A DNA stretch of 37,485 nt, taken from the IMG/VR virus record IMGVR_UViG_3300045424_000028, positions 1-37,485 of that record; one strand, written 5' to 3'. This DNA comes from a virus (taxonomy: Duplodnaviria > Caudoviricetes). The notes below the pieces were generated by a model. It had not been told where the DNA came from, made no database searches, and saw only the letters and a list, made by a program, of their open reading frames with translations. Both the position numbers and the translations under genes were made by a program. The first letter of the stretch is position 1; every line of letters begins with the position of its first letter. Positions 36,330-37,485 of the stretch are shown piece by piece.

Positions 36330-36353
36330 TAGGGAACGGCTGGGGGGGATATA
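36330..36353 (+). promoter_or_regulatory. Divergent copy of late motif
   Basis: TAGGGAACGG-CTGGGGGGGATAT-A; points toward the basic-protein/tRNA cluster. Confidence 0.45.
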
Positions 36354-36483
36354 GGGGGGGACAGAAAAACTGTCCCAATCAACGGAACGAAGTGTGAGTT
36401 GATTGGTTCAAGTAACTAGAACCTAGAATCAATGTGCTGCCTAGATTGGCAGCATTAATAGCCAAGTTAGCGTGGACAAACCA

Positions 36484-36666
36484 ATGGTAGCATCTAATAA
36501 GAAACCATCACCAAAAGTCACCAAGGTTATGCACGAGTTTAAAGCCCACAGCCTGCATTCTGGTAAGGGTGGTCCCGTAGTGACCAGCCGTAAGCAAGCC
36601 ATCGCCATCGCATTGTCTGAACAAGCACAAGCGAACAAGCGTAAAGCAACTAAAAAAAGGAAATAA
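36484..36666 (+). CDS. Small basic protein, DUF6496-like
   Basis: KVMHEFK..SLHSG.GGPVVTSRKQAIAIALSE. Confidence 0.8.
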   Translation: MVASNKKPSPKVTKVMHEFKAHSLHSGKGGPVVTSRKQAIAIALSEQAQANKRKATKKRK

Positions 36667-36670
36667 CAAA

Positions 36671-36811
36671 ATGAAAATGCACAAAATGCCTAACGGTAAA
36701 ATGATGGAAGGTGCAAAGCACGAAAAAACCGAAGGACCAAAATCTCGCCTAAAAGAGTACGGTTCAAAAACAGGTGGCGTAAAACCAGCACCCAAGAAAA
36801 AGAAGAAATAG
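36671..36811 (+). CDS. Small Lys-rich protein (46 aa, not in ORF track)
   Basis: AAGGA RBS; MKMHKMPNGKMMEGAKHEKTEG...PKKKKK*. Confidence 0.7.
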   Translation: MKMHKMPNGKMMEGAKHEKTEGPKSRLKEYGSKTGGVKPAPKKKKK

Positions 36812-36814
36812 TAA

Positions 36815-37078
36815 ATGCCCAAAACACCTGCGTGGACTCGTGCCGAAGGCAAAAACCCCAAAGGTGGTTTAAACGCCAAAGGACGAGCATCCTACAACAA
36901 AACCACAGGTGGAAACCTAAAGCCACCAGTGTCCGCTAAGCAAGCAGCCAAATCCCCCAAAGCAGCAGCACGCAGAGAATCATTCTGCGCAAGAATGGGC
37001 GGCTCTGCAGGACCAATGAAAGACACCAAAGGTCGCCCAACACGCAAAGCCTTAGCACTCAAGAAATGGGACTGCTAG
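36815..37078 (+). CDS. Small basic protein, DUF6321-like
   Basis: WTRAEGKNPKGGLNAKGRASY...RRESFCARM...ALKKWDC. Confidence 0.8.
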   Translation: MPKTPAWTRAEGKNPKGGLNAKGRASYNKTTGGNLKPPVSAKQAAKSPKAAARRESFCARMGGSAGPMKDTKGRPTRKALALKKWDC

Positions 37079-37086
37079 ATTGTCCT

Positions 37087-37161
37087 TGTCTCCTAGCATA
37101 ATGGCAGTGCAACGGACTGTTAATCCGTAAAGTCTTGGTTCGACCCCAAGGGAGACAGCCA
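37087..37161 (+). tRNA. tRNA-Asn(GTT)
   Basis: Acceptor TGTCTCC/GGAGACA; D-arm GCAT/GTGC; anticodon arm ACGGA-CTGTTAA-TCCGT; T-arm CTTGG-TTCGACC-CCAAG; G73; encoded CCA. Confidence 0.95.
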
Positions 37162-37166
37162 CACTG

Positions 37167-37196
37167 GAATACCACCCCTAAAACGGGTGGTATTTT
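37167..37196 (+). terminator. Terminator-like hairpin after tRNA
   Basis: AATACCACCC-CTAAAAC-GGGTGGTATT-TT. Confidence 0.7.
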
Positions 37197-37323
37197 CATA
37201 TCCAAACCCATATACAATAACCATTTTAGCATGGACAAACCAGCCAGTCTAGCCAAATTTTAAAATAATATATTTTATATAGGGGTCCCACAAAATCAGT
37301 CTCTCTGGCTATCCCCTAATTGA

Positions 37324-37485
37324 GTCCCAGAGGTCCGACCGTACCTACCCCCCCATGCGCCCCCGTGTGCTGTGTGCGCAGAGGCGCGAGGCTCGGAAAG
37401 TCAAGCCCTGTAGTAGTCATCGGTTATTTGGGGTGGTAACCATCGGCTACTTGACAGGGTGCAGGAAGTGTGCTATCGGGCGAGC
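37324..37485. repeat. Terminal direct repeat, right copy (162 bp)
   Basis: Matches 1-163 with a 1-nt indel. Confidence 0.95.

Larger units (their letters stand above)
1615..37238. repeat. Dispersed 10-mer GCRTGGACAA / TTGTCCAYGC, 19 exact copies
   Basis: GCRTGGACAA on + at 1615, 6313, 11265, 26220, 28461, 35798, 36470, 37229. TTGTCCAYGC on + at 1969, 6356, 9295, 13175, 15250, 16730, 18528, 20797, 21700, 27633, 29473. Confidence 0.9.

Noticed and set aside
1-37485. Alternative genetic code or stop-codon recoding
   Set aside because: Genes are intact and tightly packed under code 11, using TAA, TAG and TGA stops.

Overview
This window looks like a complete, about 37.3 kb tailed-phage genome with podovirus-type organisation, bounded by a 163/162-bp terminal repeat. 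The host is probably an actinobacterium (an inference from leaderless starts, TANNNT -10 boxes and the holin and endolysin types). The left arm (+ strand, 1-12846) opens with a gene-free, heavily base-paired region of about 600 nt and two tRNA-like mini-elements. It continues with a MoxR/CobS-like AAA+ ATPase and vWA-like partner, small Zn-finger and HTH proteins, a Cas4/AddB-like nuclease, a DnaB-like helicase, an AEP primase, RusA, a sigma-like/DUF1599 fusion and an HslV-like protease. The right arm (- strand, 12827-36277) carries TerS, TerL, holin-like proteins, portal, scaffold, major capsid, adaptor and nozzle, collar, collagen and Gly-rich fibres, a GT2-TPR glycosyltransferase, four putative internal virion proteins and an M15-type endolysin. 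A short divergent + cluster encodes three basic proteins and tRNA-Asn(GTT). I recognised no DNA polymerase, RNA polymerase or integrase. The most unusual signals are non-coding: (i) a candidate large multi-domain ncRNA at about 297-820; (ii) two acceptor+T-arm tRNA mimics, each followed by a hairpin, RBS and gene, one carrying the G3:U70/A73 alanine identity; (iii) a 21-bp hairpin whose loop is complementary to the early-gene ribosome-binding sites; (iv) 19 exact copies of the 10-mer GCRTGGACAA across the genome in several reading frames; (v) a GGG(A/T)ACG(A/G)-N12-T motif 13-14 nt upstream of late start codons. All family calls come from motif recognition by eye, not database searches.
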